A stretch of DNA of 53,194 nucleotides from IMG/VR virus record IMGVR_UViG_3300035698_035374, one strand, 5' to 3'. The notes beneath the pieces were generated by a model that was not told the origin of the DNA, did not search any database, and saw only the letters and a list, made by a program, of their open reading frames with translations. This document shows, piece after piece, positions 51,847 to 53,194 of the stretch (its first letter is position 1; the number at the start of each line of letters is the position of its first letter). Origin of the DNA: a virus. Made by a program: the position numbers and the translations under genes.

Positions 51847-52242
51847 ATGGCTGATTATTATTCTTTATTTTCAACACTTTTAAAAGTACCTAAAAACGCA
51901 GGGTTTTGGTTAATAGACTTAATAGACAACCATAAAGACGAAGATGGTAAATTCTACGTATGTGAAGCCAGATGGGAAAAAAGAGAACAGGCAGTATGGC
52001 TATTTTCTAATGAAAACTTCAATTCTGATTCATTAGCTAAGTGTATTCAGAAGATGCTACTAAAATTCAACATAGACAAGGTTGTTACCATTGAATGGGC
52101 CGAAACATGTAGTAAACCACGTGCAGATTCATTTAGTGGCGGTTGGATGGTAGTATCAAAAGACGATATTGAGTGCGGTGGTACTTATGGGGCTGCAAGA
52201 GAGAAGGCTGAGGCCATGAAAACAGGTAATATGAAACTATGA
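51847..52242 (+). CDS. hypothetical protein
   Basis: ORF. Confidence 0.7.
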   Translation: MADYYSLFSTLLKVPKNAGFWLIDLIDNHKDEDGKFYVCEARWEKREQAVWLFSNENFNSDSLAKCIQKMLLKFNIDKVVTIEWAETCSKPRADSFSGGWMVVSKDDIECGGTYGAAREKAEAMKTGNMKL

Positions 52243-52400
52243 GTGTAGTTGAGGTATTATTCTTGTTGTGGGCAATTTCATCGGCTGGATTAATGGTGTT
52301 TTGCTTGGTAATGATATTCTTCATCAAGCTTATGCCGAAGGATAAGAAGCCCATTCGCTCTTATACAGTAGAAGAAGATGAATTTGAAGAATGGAGGTAA
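52239..52400 (+). CDS. small membrane protein (53 aa)
   Basis: MSVVEVLFLLWAISSAGLMVFCLVMIFF; ATGA overlap. Confidence 0.55.
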   Translation: MSVVEVLFLLWAISSAGLMVFCLVMIFFIKLMPKDKKPIRSYTVEEDEFEEWR

Positions 52401-52476
52401 ATTTAAATATTACATCCATTAAGTAATACTATCGACCCCTACAAATCAAAAGTATCCTGAAAAAAATAGGAATCTA

Positions 52477-52797
52477 ATGAATTTAAGAAGATTTAACCCA
52501 TTTTCATCTAAAAATAGATCTAGACTGTACGTTGCTATAGGTATATTGTTTATGTTAGGCTTTTTTACAATTATATTTTCAGCTATAGTGTCACAAAATA
52601 TAGATTACCGAAAACCTAAAAGTATAGCGCTTTTAAAACACAAAATTCACTTTAAAACAGATTGTCCTGTTGATGAAATAGAAATTATCGATACATTTGA
52701 TGATTTATGTGCTGTGAAAGTAAAAGCCTGCGGAAAAATCTTAAAATTCACTTACCATCGTCAAAATAGTGGCGGTAAGAAGTGGGTACAAGAATAA
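52477..52797 (+). CDS. membrane-anchored hypothetical protein
   Basis: single TM. Confidence 0.65.
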   Translation: MNLRRFNPFSSKNRSRLYVAIGILFMLGFFTIIFSAIVSQNIDYRKPKSIALLKHKIHFKTDCPVDEIEIIDTFDDLCAVKVKACGKILKFTYHRQNSGGKKWVQE

Positions 52798-53093
52798 TGG
52801 TCAAAAAGCTCAAGTTTAAAGAATTATGGAAACTTATTGATAAAGATAGGCAAGAAATATATGAATATGCCATGAAAAGGTCTAACGATATATTAGAAGG
52901 CCGTGGTAACGACTATGATGACGATTATTGTGAAGTTCAAGCTGAAATAGACGAAAAAGAATGTCATCATGAGTGGTATTGTTTAAAAGAACATGAATTG
53001 TGGTGGTGTAGTAATTGTGGTACCTTAAAAATCAAGAAAATCAATAAACAGTATGGTAAGTTTCGTTATATCCCACCGAAAGACAAAAAGTGA
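52797..53093 (+). CDS. zinc-finger hypothetical protein
   Basis: ECHHEWYCLKEHELWWCSNCG. Confidence 0.65.
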   Translation: MVKKLKFKELWKLIDKDRQEIYEYAMKRSNDILEGRGNDYDDDYCEVQAEIDEKECHHEWYCLKEHELWWCSNCGTLKIKKINKQYGKFRYIPPKDKK

Positions 53094-53194
53094 AAGATTT
53101 ACGAGAAATCATAAGAGACACTATTGATGTGTGGGGATTAATTTCTTTTCCTGAGATAATGATGATAATGGAAAAGAGATTTCAACAAATACAA

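Noticed and set aside
1-53194. CRISPR array, IS element or transposase, rRNA, integrase
   Set aside because: No regularly spaced repeats, no transposase or integrase motifs, no rRNA-like sequence seen.

Overview
This window looks like the accessory and translation region of a large tRNA-rich bacteriophage. It is mostly short, tightly packed + strand ORFs with Shine-Dalgarno sites. I saw no capsid, tail, terminase or polymerase genes. By hand-folding acceptor, T, D and anticodon arms I find 25 or more ordinary tRNA genes covering nearly all isotypes, a phage-encoded tmRNA (46133-46577), and an unusual set of non-canonical tRNA-like loci with insertions, missing anticodon arms, enlarged loops or duplicated T-arms. 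Proteins with recognisable families suggest an RNA maintenance or rescue theme: a Thg1-family tRNAHis guanylyltransferase, a TROVE/Ro60 (Rsr) protein with a vWA domain, a polynucleotide-kinase-like P-loop protein, a receiver-like 'cyclic-phosphate processing' protein and the tmRNA. The best mechanistic lead is that the phage tRNA-His gene has C73 but no encoded G-1, while the same phage encodes a Thg1-family enzyme. Other leads are an in-frame TAG splitting an otherwise continuous amidoligase-like gene, HNH genes (one reduced to a remnant) inserted antisense at tRNA 3' ends, several structured RNAs including one next to Ro60, a 27-nt perfect intergenic repeat, a GC-rich three-gene cassette, and an amidoligase/GGCT/peptidase C26 set. 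All folds, homologies and family names come from reading the sequence. No searches were run.
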